From: Bacteriovoracaceae bacterium
GTDB lineage: Bacteria > Bdellovibrionota > Bacteriovoracia > Bacteriovoracales > Bacteriovoracaceae
DNA: 42,355 bases
NCBI GenBank assembly: GCA_018649885.1
Contig: JABIHA010000077.1
Location: 1-42,355 of the forward strand
Reading direction: 5' to 3'
Shown piece after piece: positions 25,403 through 35,487 of the stretch (the stretch's first letter is position 1; each line of letters opens with the position of its first letter). The translations under genes were made by a program, and so were the position numbers. The notes below the pieces were generated by a model. It was given only the letters and a program-made list of their open reading frames with translations. It was not told the origin of the DNA and did not search any database.

Positions 25403-27553
25403 CTAGGCAGATTTTTTATCATCATCACTACCAGAGCTCGCCTCTGGTGCAGACTCCTTATCATTTTCTGCACTTGCAGCTGCTGGTGCGGGAGCACTGG
25501 CTTCTTCAGCTTTAAATGCTTCCGCTTTATCTCCACCCTCTCCCTTTGCAGGAGCAGCAGCTTTGGCGGCTTCTGCGGCCTTTAACTCTTCTGCTTTCTT
25601 TTGAATTCTTTCAAATTCCTCTCTTTCCTTCTTCTTCTTCAACTCTAGTTCTTTAAAAAAGAGAGTATTTACAAAGCGTCTCATTTTTTGTTTTTCAACT
25701 TGCCCCATACCATGAATTAAACCACGGTAAAGGCCTTGGCCTTTATATTTTTCGACTTGTTTTTGAACCATTGGAACTACCGTAATCCAAAAAGATAGAG
25801 GGTCATCAAATCTGAGTACTGCCCCCTCTTCGAATTTTTTCTCGGAAGTAAAATAGATCTCACTTTCTGTCGCCACTTTTAGACAAATCTCTCTTTGAAT
25901 TGTTCCCCATGATTTTGAGTCCCCTTTTCTAAAGAAAACTTTCTCTTTTTTAATAGCGGACATTTTTATCGGCTTGGTAGACATCTTCCCGGCTTTTTCT
26001 GCTTCCTCTCTTGCTCTTTTATTTTCCGCTGCCAGCAGACCTTTCCAGTAATCCTCATCTTTCTTAGTAAGCTTCTTAGTAAGCACATCTACCAAGTTTA
26101 AAACCACCTTGAGGTCGTACCCCGTTGTTTGGGTTAGAATCTGACTATAACCGGTAGAATCTATAAAACTTTGGGCCGAGATTTTCTTGGCATTGAAGAC
26201 AACAATAAATGGTTGGTACCCCTTAATATCTAATACATCTCCAATTATTTTAGTAAGATGGTCCTTATGATTAAATAACTCTAAATTTATTTTTTTTCTT
26301 TCTTCTTCTTTTTCAGGCAAATGCTCCATTTGATAAGTTATGATTTGCGGCCTCATAGATTCGAGTAACTCTTTGGGCTCAGGAATAAGTGCTTGCCACC
26401 TAAAAGAAAAAGGATATTCGTGGAAGAGTTTTTCCACCTGCTTAAAAACAGCACCCTTTTTATCAATGGAGAGAACTTTAACAATCTTGCCAAGCCCACC
26501 TGTCATGGCCTCGCCGCGAACATAGGTCTGAAGCTCTTTTCTGGCCTTCTCAAGCCTATCAGACATGGCCGCAAATCTTTCCTTTCTACGGGCTTTCTCT
26601 TTATTTTTGGCCTCAATTTCAGCAAGTTGCTCTTCTTCAGTTAATTTTTTGGGAAGTCCATCATCATCATCATTTTCAATATCGAGCTCGATCGCTTTAC
26701 CATTTTCTTCCTCTTTCTCGAGCTGTTCATTTAACTTTTTAATCCTTTCTCTTTTGGCCTCCATTTCATCCAAATGGGCCTGCCATTCAGTGCCACAATC
26801 ATCTTGTTTAATGAAGTCAATTACCGCCTCATATCCGTGCTCAAAATTGTAGAACAAGTTAGAACCATCACGCCCTAAGATTGTCATCTTTGGGAAAGGA
26901 ATAAGTTTTTCGTCAATATTGAGGTTAAATATAAAACTTTGATCATTGGGAAAGTCCATATTTGTTTCAAATCGAATGGTTTCCTCAGTCATATAGTTAA
27001 GTCTGAATAACTCGTGGACTTCGGTAGTGTAACTCAATTTCCCTGTAGCAAAACTTGGAAGGGTCACATCTTCTGGAAAGGCAAGATTGCCTGGACAAAA
27101 TACCACATCATGGATTTCACCACTTTTAATATGATTAAAATCTGCTCCACTCATCATAGCTCTTTGAACAAAATTGAAATCTTCACGATAATCGAGAAGT
27201 CCTACCACCACCATAAATTCTAAGAACTGTTGGCGTTTTAATATTTTGACAAAAGCGATACACACTTCTGGACTGCGGGTGTAATCAACGTAGAGGATTG
27301 AAAACCCCTTACTTACAACCTTGGGAACTATGGCCTGAATTTCTTGTTCTGTTTCTTCTTTAAATTGAATGAACTCGAATTTATATTTACTTGGAGGAAA
27401 AGAAGCTTCAAATCGGACTTTGATATTATTCCAATACCCATCGTCAGTTCCCAAATACCCAATTTTAATTTTGGGTACTTTAGGTTCTTCCTTTTCGTCC
27501 TTTTTTTTCTCTTCTTCGCTCACATTTAAACCCGGACTATTCCTTGTGGACAC
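25403..27553 (-). CDS. Large cytoplasmic protein with degenerate receiver-like and PilZ-like segments and charged coiled coils
   Basis: ILYVDY..AMMSGADF.HIK resembles a REC fold; C-terminal segment resembles a PilZ barrel plus helix; long E/K tracts. Confidence 0.5.
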   Translation of the reverse strand: MSTRNSPGLNVSEEEKKKDEKEEPKVPKIKIGYLGTDDGYWNNIKVRFEASFPPSKYKFEFIQFKEETEQEIQAIVPKVVSKGFSILYVDYTRSPEVCIAFVKILKRQQFLEFMVVVGLLDYREDFNFVQRAMMSGADFNHIKSGEIHDVVFCPGNLAFPEDVTLPSFATGKLSYTTEVHELFRLNYMTEETIRFETNMDFPNDQSFIFNLNIDEKLIPFPKMTILGRDGSNLFYNFEHGYEAVIDFIKQDDCGTEWQAHLDEMEAKRERIKKLNEQLEKEEENGKAIELDIENDDDDGLPKKLTEEEQLAEIEAKNKEKARRKERFAAMSDRLEKARKELQTYVRGEAMTGGLGKIVKVLSIDKKGAVFKQVEKLFHEYPFSFRWQALIPEPKELLESMRPQIITYQMEHLPEKEEERKKINLELFNHKDHLTKIIGDVLDIKGYQPFIVVFNAKKISAQSFIDSTGYSQILTQTTGYDLKVVLNLVDVLTKKLTKKDEDYWKGLLAAENKRAREEAEKAGKMSTKPIKMSAIKKEKVFFRKGDSKSWGTIQREICLKVATESEIYFTSEKKFEEGAVLRFDDPLSFWITVVPMVQKQVEKYKGQGLYRGLIHGMGQVEKQKMRRFVNTLFFKELELKKKKEREEFERIQKKAEELKAAEAAKAAAPAKGEGGDKAEAFKAEEASAPAPAAASAENDKESAPEASSGSDDDKKSA

Positions 27554-27592
27554 GATTGTCCAATTATACCAAATTCAATAATTCTATTTTAC

Positions 27593-27620
27593 TTCTCGAC
27601 TGATAAATTCTCAAACTTAA
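27593..27620 (-). promoter_or_regulatory. FliA (sigma28)-like promoter
   Basis: Minus strand TTAAGTTT-N12-GTCGAGAA, about 40 bp upstream of the GTG start. Confidence 0.35.
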
Positions 27621-27754
27621 GTCTTTTTAAGTCACTAATTATGCGTGTTATTGCCGTACTAGAGCGCTTTTCAGGAATTAAGGGAAACTTTAGTTAAGAG
27701 TCGTAAACTCAATAAATTTAATTGAAGCGATGATTTAACGGGGCACTTTGAGGC

Positions 27755-28423
27755 CTAAGAGGAACTTTGCAAGATCTCTTCGATTTCAGAAATTCTGAGG
27801 TCTTTATTTAGATCCTGATGGCCATGGTCTTGTTTTATGCGATAGGGCGCTAAAATCTTTTGAAGATGCCCTGTCGAAACACTGATATCACAAGAACTCC
27901 AAAGTAGACTTCCAAGTTCTTTAATCGGGTAATCACCATCCATACTGAGATGCCAAACTTCAAAATATTGAGAATTTTCACAAACCAGATACTCGGCCTT
28001 TAACTTAAGACCTGCTTGTCTTAAAAACACTCTTAAATCATCTAAGAGTGATTGGGCAGAAATGACTAAATCAACCCTATTTAAGTCGAGCCCACTCTCC
28101 AAAAGAGAAGCCAGGGCCTTTTCAATGGTTTTGCCTCCCAACCCGGAGAAAACCACCTCTCCACTCACCTGATCGCCTGGTACTTTTCCCATATCGATGT
28201 GATGTACACAAAAACTTTCAGAGTCGTAGTCACAAATTTTGTTTACAAGAGTATTTGTGGCCGAAATAGCAGAGTCAACAAAGTGAATTTTTGAAAATTT
28301 CTGAGCTTTCAGACCAAGAAGACCCAGGTGACCGTGATCACATCCCATATCCCACAACTCGCCACCTCCTCTCAAACAAGAGTCAATGACAGTCAGTCTT
28401 TTTGATAGATTTCTATTTTTCAT
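27755..28423 (-). CDS. trmK: tRNA (adenine(22)-N1)-methyltransferase
   Basis: LSKRL, WDMGCDHGHLG, SGLGG.TI, LRVFL...G..L..E.LV.EN.QYFE. Confidence 0.85.
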   Translation of the reverse strand: MKNRNLSKRLTVIDSCLRGGGELWDMGCDHGHLGLLGLKAQKFSKIHFVDSAISATNTLVNKICDYDSESFCVHHIDMGKVPGDQVSGEVVFSGLGGKTIEKALASLLESGLDLNRVDLVISAQSLLDDLRVFLRQAGLKLKAEYLVCENSQYFEVWHLSMDGDYPIKELGSLLWSSCDISVSTGHLQKILAPYRIKQDHGHQDLNKDLRISEIEEILQSSS

Positions 28424-28493
28424 ACAAGTGAGATCTTTTTTCCATACTTACCCTAGTTTGACAACAATTGGGTGTGGGCATCAACATATAAGT

Positions 28494-29141
28494 ATGAAGA
28501 AAATTTCTTTTTTGCTTCTAGCACTAAGTCTATCGTTAAATTTATACCAATATTTTAACGGGGATCCACAAGAGGGCCCAATTGCGAGAGTTCCTGCTAT
28601 TAGTAAACATATCCCCCCAACCTGCCCTCAAGTCCCAGTGCAAAAAAAAGAAAACACAATTAGCTTAAAACAAAATCCCTCTCCCACTGAGGCCATAGAA
28701 GAATACACAGCGAAAGGCCCTGTAAAGCCTAACAAGAAAAATGTTGCAGAAGAACAAACTACTCTTTTCAATGACAATGCAGACAATCTACTAGCAGAAT
28801 ATGATGAGGAAATCCTAGTCTTCTTTCAAAAAGCACTTGATCTTAACCAGCAAGATATTGAAACCTATAATGAATTAAAATCTGATTTTTATGCCATGGT
28901 TGGAGATCTCTATGACACTAGCGACCAAGAAGGCGAAGAGTCCGAGGAGGGAGACTACTACTGGAGTTATCAAAAGAACTTGGCCTACTTACAACTGCTC
29001 GACAGTCATATGAGAAAATTCCAAAACTATCTAGGTGGAGAGGACTTCCAAAGATATAAAGACTTCCTCAAAAAATATAACAAAAAAATAGCCCGCGAAG
29101 ATATTCAATCAGGAAGGCCTGTTCGAGTCATTCATTTCTAA
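28494..29141 (+). CDS. Exported/membrane-anchored acidic hypothetical protein
   Basis: Probable start MKKISFLLLALSLSLNLY at 28494; Pro-rich linker, helical C-terminal domain. Confidence 0.7.
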   Translation: MKKISFLLLALSLSLNLYQYFNGDPQEGPIARVPAISKHIPPTCPQVPVQKKENTISLKQNPSPTEAIEEYTAKGPVKPNKKNVAEEQTTLFNDNADNLLAEYDEEILVFFQKALDLNQQDIETYNELKSDFYAMVGDLYDTSDQEGEESEEGDYYWSYQKNLAYLQLLDSHMRKFQNYLGGEDFQRYKDFLKKYNKKIAREDIQSGRPVRVIHF

Positions 29142-29248
29142 TTTTTCAATGCTTTATTTCTAGTGACCAATGTTTAGACACTCATCTTAAAACTTAACGA
29201 CGTCTTGCCTACTTCCAGCAAGATACCCCCTTAAAAGTGTCAAATCTG

Positions 29249-29264
29249 TGGTCTGTTTCTTGCA
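29249..29264 (+). promoter_or_regulatory. sigma54 (-24/-12) promoter
   Basis: TGGTCTGTTTCTTGCA, GG-N10-GC, 45 bp upstream of the ATG at 29310. Confidence 0.55.
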
Positions 29265-29309
29265 TTTTTAAGGTTTCTAGACAGTAGAAATTTTAACAGG
29301 AGTGAGAAA

Positions 29310-29750
29310 ATGGATCGCACAATCGATCTCAAGTCCCTTTTACTAGTTGCCCTTTTTTCAGTGTTTCTTGCATTTGCAAGTGAAGCTTTTGCTGGAAGTG
29401 GAAAAAAGAAGTCTGGCTTTGTTCCCTGTAGAACCCTTAAAGTCTTTTCTCCTGACAATGCTCTGGATATGGCCTCATTAATGGGCAAGTACAAAATCTT
29501 TAATGTCACACTACTATCTAAATATGAAGATGAATCAAGACTTGGACCTGGTGAAGTTGTTGTTATTGCCGGAAAAGATCGATGGCCTGAAGCGATGTCA
29601 CCATTTAAAGTTCTTGGCGGAGTTTATTTTTATGAATTCCAAAGAAGAAAAGAAGTATTGGCCCTATCTTTTGGAAAGGCCAAAAAAAGAAATCTTGCCT
29701 CTTCGGGACACGTAGTTACCAAGTGCGCACTTAAATCACTGGAGAAATAA
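29310..29750 (+). CDS. Secreted hypothetical protein
   Basis: AGGAG RBS; signal peptide ..SEAFA; two Cys. Confidence 0.7.
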   Translation: MDRTIDLKSLLLVALFSVFLAFASEAFAGSGKKKSGFVPCRTLKVFSPDNALDMASLMGKYKIFNVTLLSKYEDESRLGPGEVVVIAGKDRWPEAMSPFKVLGGVYFYEFQRRKEVLALSFGKAKKRNLASSGHVVTKCALKSLEK

Positions 29751-29756
29751 ATCACC

Positions 29757-31106
29757 ATGAATAGCTTGTACTCACTCATTTTCGCTCTACTATTTGCACA
29801 TGGTGCAAATGCTGTGGAATTTAAAGTGCGAGAAGGTGTGGACTTTAGCAAACTAGATAAATACCAGAAAATATATTCTTTACCATACCTTGCAAGCCGT
29901 ATCCACAATGTTTTCCAACACCCTACACTAGATAAAGATGAAATCGGAAAGTATTTAAAGTGGGGAGAAGCTGGCTTAACAATTATGGCCAATCCCAATG
30001 AAGAGCCCGCTCTAGCTATTAAAACAAATTATTTTTTAGAATATGGAGGCCATAGCGCTCCCACTGAATCTGTAAATTGCTTTAAAAAATCTAGAAATCC
30101 ATTCAGGCCTTTAAAAGGACTAAAGGTTGCACTTGACCCAGGTCATATAGGTGGAAAATTTTCAAAGCTAGAGAAAAAATATGTATTGATGGATGGAGGA
30201 AGAATTGATTTTAATGAGGGAGACCTTAATTATTATACAGCACTCAAACTCAAGTTGATGCTTGAGCGTGCTGGAGCAGAAGTCTTTATGACTAGAGGAA
30301 AAGAATCAGCAGCGTTAGGAAGCTTTGATGATTGGTTTTCTATTGATAAAAATATTATGGATGCCTATGATTCTTGGCGACTTGCTAAATTTGGTGCACA
30401 CAAAGACGCTGAAGGAAGACTCGCTGATATTGCACTATTTAAAGCCGAGCGTGAGACAACTTTCTATGTCTTTTTCGGTAGAGAAGAAATGCGAAAGAGA
30501 GCGGATTTGATAAATGAATTCAATCCAGATTTCACACTACTAATCCACTACAATGGCTATCCAGGCGAATACAATCGTCAAGGTGTTCAAACTAGAAAAA
30601 CTCGTGATGAACATGGACAAAATGTAGGAACAAATACTCAAAACTATAATATGCTGTTTGTTCCTGGAAGCTTTATGAAAAATGAGCTCAATGAAAAGCA
30701 TACCCAGTTTCATTTTCTAAAACTTCTTCTAGACAATAAAATTATTGATGGCTCTATTGATCTTTGCACTGACCTACTTGGTAGTGTAATGAAAAAATTT
30801 AAAGATTTAAAAACTGCCGACTATGGCGATCCCTACTATACTGCAGATGTTTCGCTACCCATAGTTAAAAAAGATGGACAACAACTAAGAGGTATCTTTC
30901 ACCGAAACCTTGATATGCTTCGTTTTTTAAATGCTCCATCTTGTTATATGGAGCTCTTTGTTCAAGATAACTTTGAAGAAGCGGAAATTCTGAATACCAA
31001 CAATGCAAAACTAAAACAGCACCGAGTCCCCAAAAAGATTCTCAATGTGGCCAGGAGTTACTTCAAAGGTATTAAAAAATACTTTAAGGCCAAAACCTGC
31101 AAGTAG
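29757..31106 (+). CDS. N-acetylmuramoyl-L-alanine amidase (Amidase_3)
   Basis: KVALDPGHIGG, EGDLN, AGAEVFMTR, RADLIN, LIHYN, NLDMLR..PSCYMEL: Zn ligands H/E/H and catalytic E; signal peptide. Confidence 0.88.
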   Translation: MNSLYSLIFALLFAHGANAVEFKVREGVDFSKLDKYQKIYSLPYLASRIHNVFQHPTLDKDEIGKYLKWGEAGLTIMANPNEEPALAIKTNYFLEYGGHSAPTESVNCFKKSRNPFRPLKGLKVALDPGHIGGKFSKLEKKYVLMDGGRIDFNEGDLNYYTALKLKLMLERAGAEVFMTRGKESAALGSFDDWFSIDKNIMDAYDSWRLAKFGAHKDAEGRLADIALFKAERETTFYVFFGREEMRKRADLINEFNPDFTLLIHYNGYPGEYNRQGVQTRKTRDEHGQNVGTNTQNYNMLFVPGSFMKNELNEKHTQFHFLKLLLDNKIIDGSIDLCTDLLGSVMKKFKDLKTADYGDPYYTADVSLPIVKKDGQQLRGIFHRNLDMLRFLNAPSCYMELFVQDNFEEAEILNTNNAKLKQHRVPKKILNVARSYFKGIKKYFKAKTCK

Positions 31107-31115
31107 GAAGCAATT

Positions 31116-32204
31116 ATGAAAATCTTCATTACACTTTTCTCTGTATTTTTCTTGTGCCAAAATGGCTGGAGTAAAAATGGTCCAGTCTACCAAAGTATAA
31201 AAAAAGTCATAGAAGAAGTCAGACCCACACCATCTATGAAAAATGTTGATGAATTCTTAGAAGGTCTTCCTAGGTTTAAAAAAAGTTGGAGTCTTGAAAA
31301 GCAAGCAAAGGTTTTAAATAACTATATCTTTAAAACTTATTCTATCACTGCAGACAATAGTTATCTATCTAGACACCAGGCTGACAATATATTACCTGAC
31401 TCTGTCCTTAATACCAAAAAAGGCCATTGTCTGGGTATATCAACTCTGTATCTGCTACTGGCAGAAAAGCTTGAGCTTCAGGCCTACCTGGTAAGAACTC
31501 CCAAACATGTCTTTGTCAGATTGTGTAAAAAGAAAAGCTGCCGCAATATTGAGACTCTCAAAGAGGGAGCAAAGATTGAAGACAAGTATTACGTCGACTC
31601 TCAACTCATCTCCAAATCGGCTTTGGACAAAAAACTCTATTTACAAAACTTAGACCCATCAAAGGTTTTAGTGGCCTCAATCTATAATGGCCTAGGCTTT
31701 GTTGCTGGAACCACAAACCAAAATCAATTGGCCCACCTCTTCTATCTCAAGGCCACTAAGAGCGATCCAGGCTTTGCTGAGGCACACTCTAACCTGGCGG
31801 CCATATACTCTTCCTCAGGTGAATTAAAGGCAGCTGAGAGCGAATTAGAGCTTGCTCACAATATTAATCCCTTTAACTCAACTGTTACCCTCAACTTGGG
31901 AATTTTAAGCCGTGCTAAGGGTGCTTTTACAAAGGCCATGAACTTATTCAATAAATCTATTTCAATCAATCCACTCAATATCGCTGGATATATTCACCGC
32001 TCGAATCTTTTAATTGAAAAGGGAAACAATAAGAGTGCCATGCTTGATTTGGAAAGAGTTTTGGTGATTAAACCCAACCTATGCAGCATAAGAGAAAAGG
32101 CCATAGAAGTGGCAAAGAAAATTTCGGCGAAGAATCTGGATTATCACAGCTTTAAATTAAAAGACACAAAAACAAGACGAAGGTGTGAAAACCTCCTAAT
32201 GTAA
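31116..32204 (+). CDS. SirB1/transglutaminase-like domain plus TPR protein
   Basis: VLNTKKGHCLGISTLYLLLAEKL..PKHVFVR; TPRs (DPGFAEAHSNLA, NP.N...LNLG, GYIHRS). Confidence 0.8.
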   Translation: MKIFITLFSVFFLCQNGWSKNGPVYQSIKKVIEEVRPTPSMKNVDEFLEGLPRFKKSWSLEKQAKVLNNYIFKTYSITADNSYLSRHQADNILPDSVLNTKKGHCLGISTLYLLLAEKLELQAYLVRTPKHVFVRLCKKKSCRNIETLKEGAKIEDKYYVDSQLISKSALDKKLYLQNLDPSKVLVASIYNGLGFVAGTTNQNQLAHLFYLKATKSDPGFAEAHSNLAAIYSSSGELKAAESELELAHNINPFNSTVTLNLGILSRAKGAFTKAMNLFNKSISINPLNIAGYIHRSNLLIEKGNNKSAMLDLERVLVIKPNLCSIREKAIEVAKKISAKNLDYHSFKLKDTKTRRRCENLLM

Positions 32205-32236
32205 TTTCAGATCACTTCAGGGCCTACCTTGCGGCC

Positions 32237-32656
32237 CTAAAAGTCATCGTATCCCTGTCCGTACTCTTGATCGTAATCTTTTGTGATGTACTTTCTGACA
32301 AAATACTGGCCAGAGCGAATTGTTTCAATAAAGCCTAGGTCTTCGAGTTTTCTCAAAGAGTGATAGACATCATCGATTGTTACTGCAAGGGACTTGGCAA
32401 TCTCTGTGTGAGACATCACCTGGGAAAAGCCATAAGCCTTGTAGAGATTAGGCCTGCACCACACTAGGCGGTAGAGGTACATAAAAACTAAAATCTCGAT
32501 ACGTCCCAATTTACATGTAACAAGTACATCATCAAAAAATAGGTCGGGAATCTTTGAAACCGTAGGGGCCTTTTTGCCCTCTTCTCTTTCAGGGTCCATA
32601 TCCCCGGGCCGATCTTTGGCATGGTGTTCTGCCAGTATAGAGTGTAAATCAACCAT
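32237..32656 (-). CDS. Winged-helix DNA-binding hypothetical protein
   Basis: SHTEIAKSLAVTIDDVYHSLRKLEDLGFIE wHTH; GGAGG RBS favours the ATG at 32656. Confidence 0.7.
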   Translation of the reverse strand: MVDLHSILAEHHAKDRPGDMDPEREEGKKAPTVSKIPDLFFDDVLVTCKLGRIEILVFMYLYRLVWCRPNLYKAYGFSQVMSHTEIAKSLAVTIDDVYHSLRKLEDLGFIETIRSGQYFVRKYITKDYDQEYGQGYDDF

Positions 32657-32937
32657 TGCTAAATCCTCCAATGCTCCATTCAGAGCGGGATTGAGTCACT
32701 GCCATTATTTCACACAAGCATCTCTTGGCAATAGAAGATTTGTTTAGGAATTTTTTTCCGCTTCGCAGAAGCAAAATTTGTTCTGGCCCACTTGATGATT
32801 GTTGTCAGAAAATTTAAGAAAACTGAAGGTTGGGTTTAACCTTTTGAATAAACGGTGTTATATTTTTGATCAAAGTACTTTTCTCTCTCAATTCGTGTGT
32901 TTCGTGTGAGGCCACATATTTTAAGGAATCGACTAAA

Positions 32938-34281
32938 ATGATCAGAATTAAAAAGGGAATCGATCTCCCCCTCAGCGGAGCCCCGGAACAAAAGATTTCT
33001 GGCGAGTTCAAACCCACACGTGTTGCAGTTACTGCAATTGATTATGTTGGTATGAAACCAAAGATGAATGTCAGTGTTGGAGACAGCGTTGTGGCCGGGC
33101 AATGTCTATTTGTAGACAAGAAATACCCATCGATTCAGTTCACTGCTACTACTTCTGGTAAAGTTGTTGAAATAAACCGAGGTGCCAAAAGACTGCTTCA
33201 CTCTGTAGTCATTGAAACTTCAGGCAACGAGCAAGTTAGCTATCAAAACTATAAATCTAGTGACCTTCAAAATCTAAATAGAGAAAATGTAGTAGCACTG
33301 CTTCTTGAAAGTGGTCTATGGCCAGCACTGAGAACCAGGCCTTTTTCCAAGTCCCCTGACCCAGAATCCACTCCAGCAGCAATATTTGTTAACGCCATGG
33401 ATACCCATCCACTGTGTGCAGATCCTGCATTAATCATTGGAGAGAATGCCCCACATTTTGAGATGGGGCTGAAAGTTTTGACCAAACTTACCCAAGGAAA
33501 ACTCTATTTGTGCAAAAAACACGGAACGACTCTCCCTGGAGAAGATCTAGTGAGCCTCAATGTACAATCCTTTGAAGGCCCTCATCCAGCAGGACTGTCT
33601 GGAACTCACATGCACTTTATTGATCCCGTTTCTATTAATAGAACACATTGGTCTATTGGCTACCAAGATGTATTGCGCGTGGGAGAGCTATTCGCAACAG
33701 GCGTCCAAAGCTTTGCTGGCTATATTTCACTCGCTGGCCCCAAAGTGAATACCCCTACAATTTTAAAAACTAAACTGGGCGCGTGTTTGTGCCAGTTGGT
33801 TAAAGATAGAATTTCTACAGACAACACCAGAGTGATCTCCGGAAGTGTACTGGACGGAAGAACAAAGTCCGACGGCCTTTGCTATCTTGGAAGATTTCAC
33901 AATCAGGTTACAGTTGTCGAAGAGGGAAATAAAAGAGAATTTTTAGGATGGCATGCACCAGGGTTTGAAAAATTCTCTGTCAAAAATGTGTTCATATCGA
34001 GACTCTTCTCTGGGAAAAAATTTAATTTTAACACCAACACAAATGGCTCTCCAAGATCTGTTGTTCCTGTTGGCTCTTATGAAAAAGTTATGCCACTTGA
34101 AATATTGGCCACTCCACTGATCAAATCTCTTCTCACTGGGAATACAGACTTTGCTCAAAGTCTGGGTTGCCTAGAATTAGATGAGGAAGACTTAGCACTT
34201 TTAACCTATGTCTGCCCTAGCAAAATTGATTTTGGACCAGTGCTTAGAGACAGTTTAGAAAAGATTGAGAAGGAAGGATAA
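32938..34281 (+). CDS. nqrA: Na+-translocating NADH:quinone reductase subunit A
   Basis: MIRIKKGIDLP, RTRPFSK, GPHPAGLSG, LGCLELDEEDLAL. Confidence 0.96.
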   Translation: MIRIKKGIDLPLSGAPEQKISGEFKPTRVAVTAIDYVGMKPKMNVSVGDSVVAGQCLFVDKKYPSIQFTATTSGKVVEINRGAKRLLHSVVIETSGNEQVSYQNYKSSDLQNLNRENVVALLLESGLWPALRTRPFSKSPDPESTPAAIFVNAMDTHPLCADPALIIGENAPHFEMGLKVLTKLTQGKLYLCKKHGTTLPGEDLVSLNVQSFEGPHPAGLSGTHMHFIDPVSINRTHWSIGYQDVLRVGELFATGVQSFAGYISLAGPKVNTPTILKTKLGACLCQLVKDRISTDNTRVISGSVLDGRTKSDGLCYLGRFHNQVTVVEEGNKREFLGWHAPGFEKFSVKNVFISRLFSGKKFNFNTNTNGSPRSVVPVGSYEKVMPLEILATPLIKSLLTGNTDFAQSLGCLELDEEDLALLTYVCPSKIDFGPVLRDSLEKIEKEG

Positions 34282-34284
34282 TCC

Positions 34285-35487
34285 ATGAAATTTTTAAGAG
34301 ATACCCTAGACAAAGTGGAACCCCATTTTGAAAAGGGCGGAAAGTGGGAGAAGTTTTTCGTCATATATGAGATGGCCGATACTTTTTTATATACTCCCAG
34401 TGATGTCAGTCGTGGAAGGATCCACCTTCGAGACGGACTTGATCTTAAGAGAATGATGATAACAGTTGTCATGGCCTTACTACCTTGTATTTTGATGGCC
34501 ATGTACAATACTGGTCTTCAAGCAAACACGGCACTCGAAGGTCTGGGGGCCAATCCCGAAGGATGGCGATACGCTGTCATGAGTGCACTAGGCCTAGGGC
34601 TAAACTCTTCTTCATGCTTATCAAATTTTATTTTGGGCTCTCTTTATTTTATTCCCATTTTTCTTGTAACTCAGATTGCAGGTGGATTTTGGGAGGTTTT
34701 ATTCGCCTCTGTCAGAGGTCATGAGATCAACGAAGGCTTCCTAGTTACTGGAATGCTCTTTCCACTGATTGTTCCGGCCACTATTCCTCTATGGCAGGTT
34801 GCTGTAGGAATATCTTTTGGTGTTGTCTTTGGAAAAGAAGTTTTTGGTGGGACAGGAAGAAATATATTAAACCCCGCTCTTGTAGGCAGAGCATTTTTGT
34901 TTTTTGCTTATCCTGCACAAATTTCAGGCGACGCAGTTTGGACTGCTGTTGAAGGATTTTCTGGAGCGACTCCACTAGCACAAGCTGCTGCCAATGGCAT
35001 TTCGGGAATCACATACACTTGGAATCAGGCCTTCATGGGTTTTATTCCAGGCTCTATGGGAGAGACTTCCACAATTGCCTGTCTCTTTGGCGCAGCTGTT
35101 CTGATCATTTCAGGCATTGGATCTTGGAGAATTATGCTCTCTACAGTTCTTGGAATGGCACTCATGAGTTTGATTTTCAATGCCATCGGCAGTGAAACCA
35201 ATATGATGTTTAACCTTCCATTCCAGTGGCACTTTGTACTGGGTGGTTTTGCTTTCGCAGCTGTTTTTATGGCCACCGATCCCGTCAGTGCTGCCAATAC
35301 TTTAACAGGACAATTTGTTTACGGCTTTCTGATAGGAATTATGGGCATGCTCATTAGAGTCGCCAACCCCGCCTACCCTGAGGGATGGATGCTGGCCGTA
35401 CTTTTTGGAAATACCTTTTCTCCCCTTATTGATTACTTCGTTGTGAAAAATAATATTAAAAGAAGGATGGCCCAACATGTCAGCTAG
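34285..35487 (+). CDS. nqrB: Na+-NQR subunit B
   Basis: [27 protein letters not shown] site SGATPL, MATDPVS. Confidence 0.97.
   Translation: MKFLRDTLDKVEPHFEKGGKWEKFFVIYEMADTFLYTPSDVSRGRIHLRDGLDLKRMMITVVMALLPCILMAMYNTGLQANTALEGLGANPEGWRYAVMSALGLGLNSSSCLSNFILGSLYFIPIFLVTQIAGGFWEVLFASVRGHEINEGFLVTGMLFPLIVPATIPLWQVAVGISFGVVFGKEVFGGTGRNILNPALVGRAFLFFAYPAQISGDAVWTAVEGFSGATPLAQAAANGISGITYTWNQAFMGFIPGSMGETSTIACLFGAAVLIISGIGSWRIMLSTVLGMALMSLIFNAIGSETNMMFNLPFQWHFVLGGFAFAAVFMATDPVSAANTLTGQFVYGFLIGIMGMLIRVANPAYPEGWMLAVLFGNTFSPLIDYFVVKNNIKRRMAQHVS

Noticed and set aside
25403..25640. Ala/Glu/Lys-rich repetitive 3' end of the 716-aa gene
   Set aside because: Protein-level low complexity, not a DNA tandem repeat.
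28386..28493. Long N-terminal extension in the ORF track (likewise 6106, 8201, 15876, 22623, 23371, 32866)
   Set aside because: These overlap neighbouring genes or promoters, or lack an RBS; downstream starts give proper signal peptides, RBSs or family N-termini.
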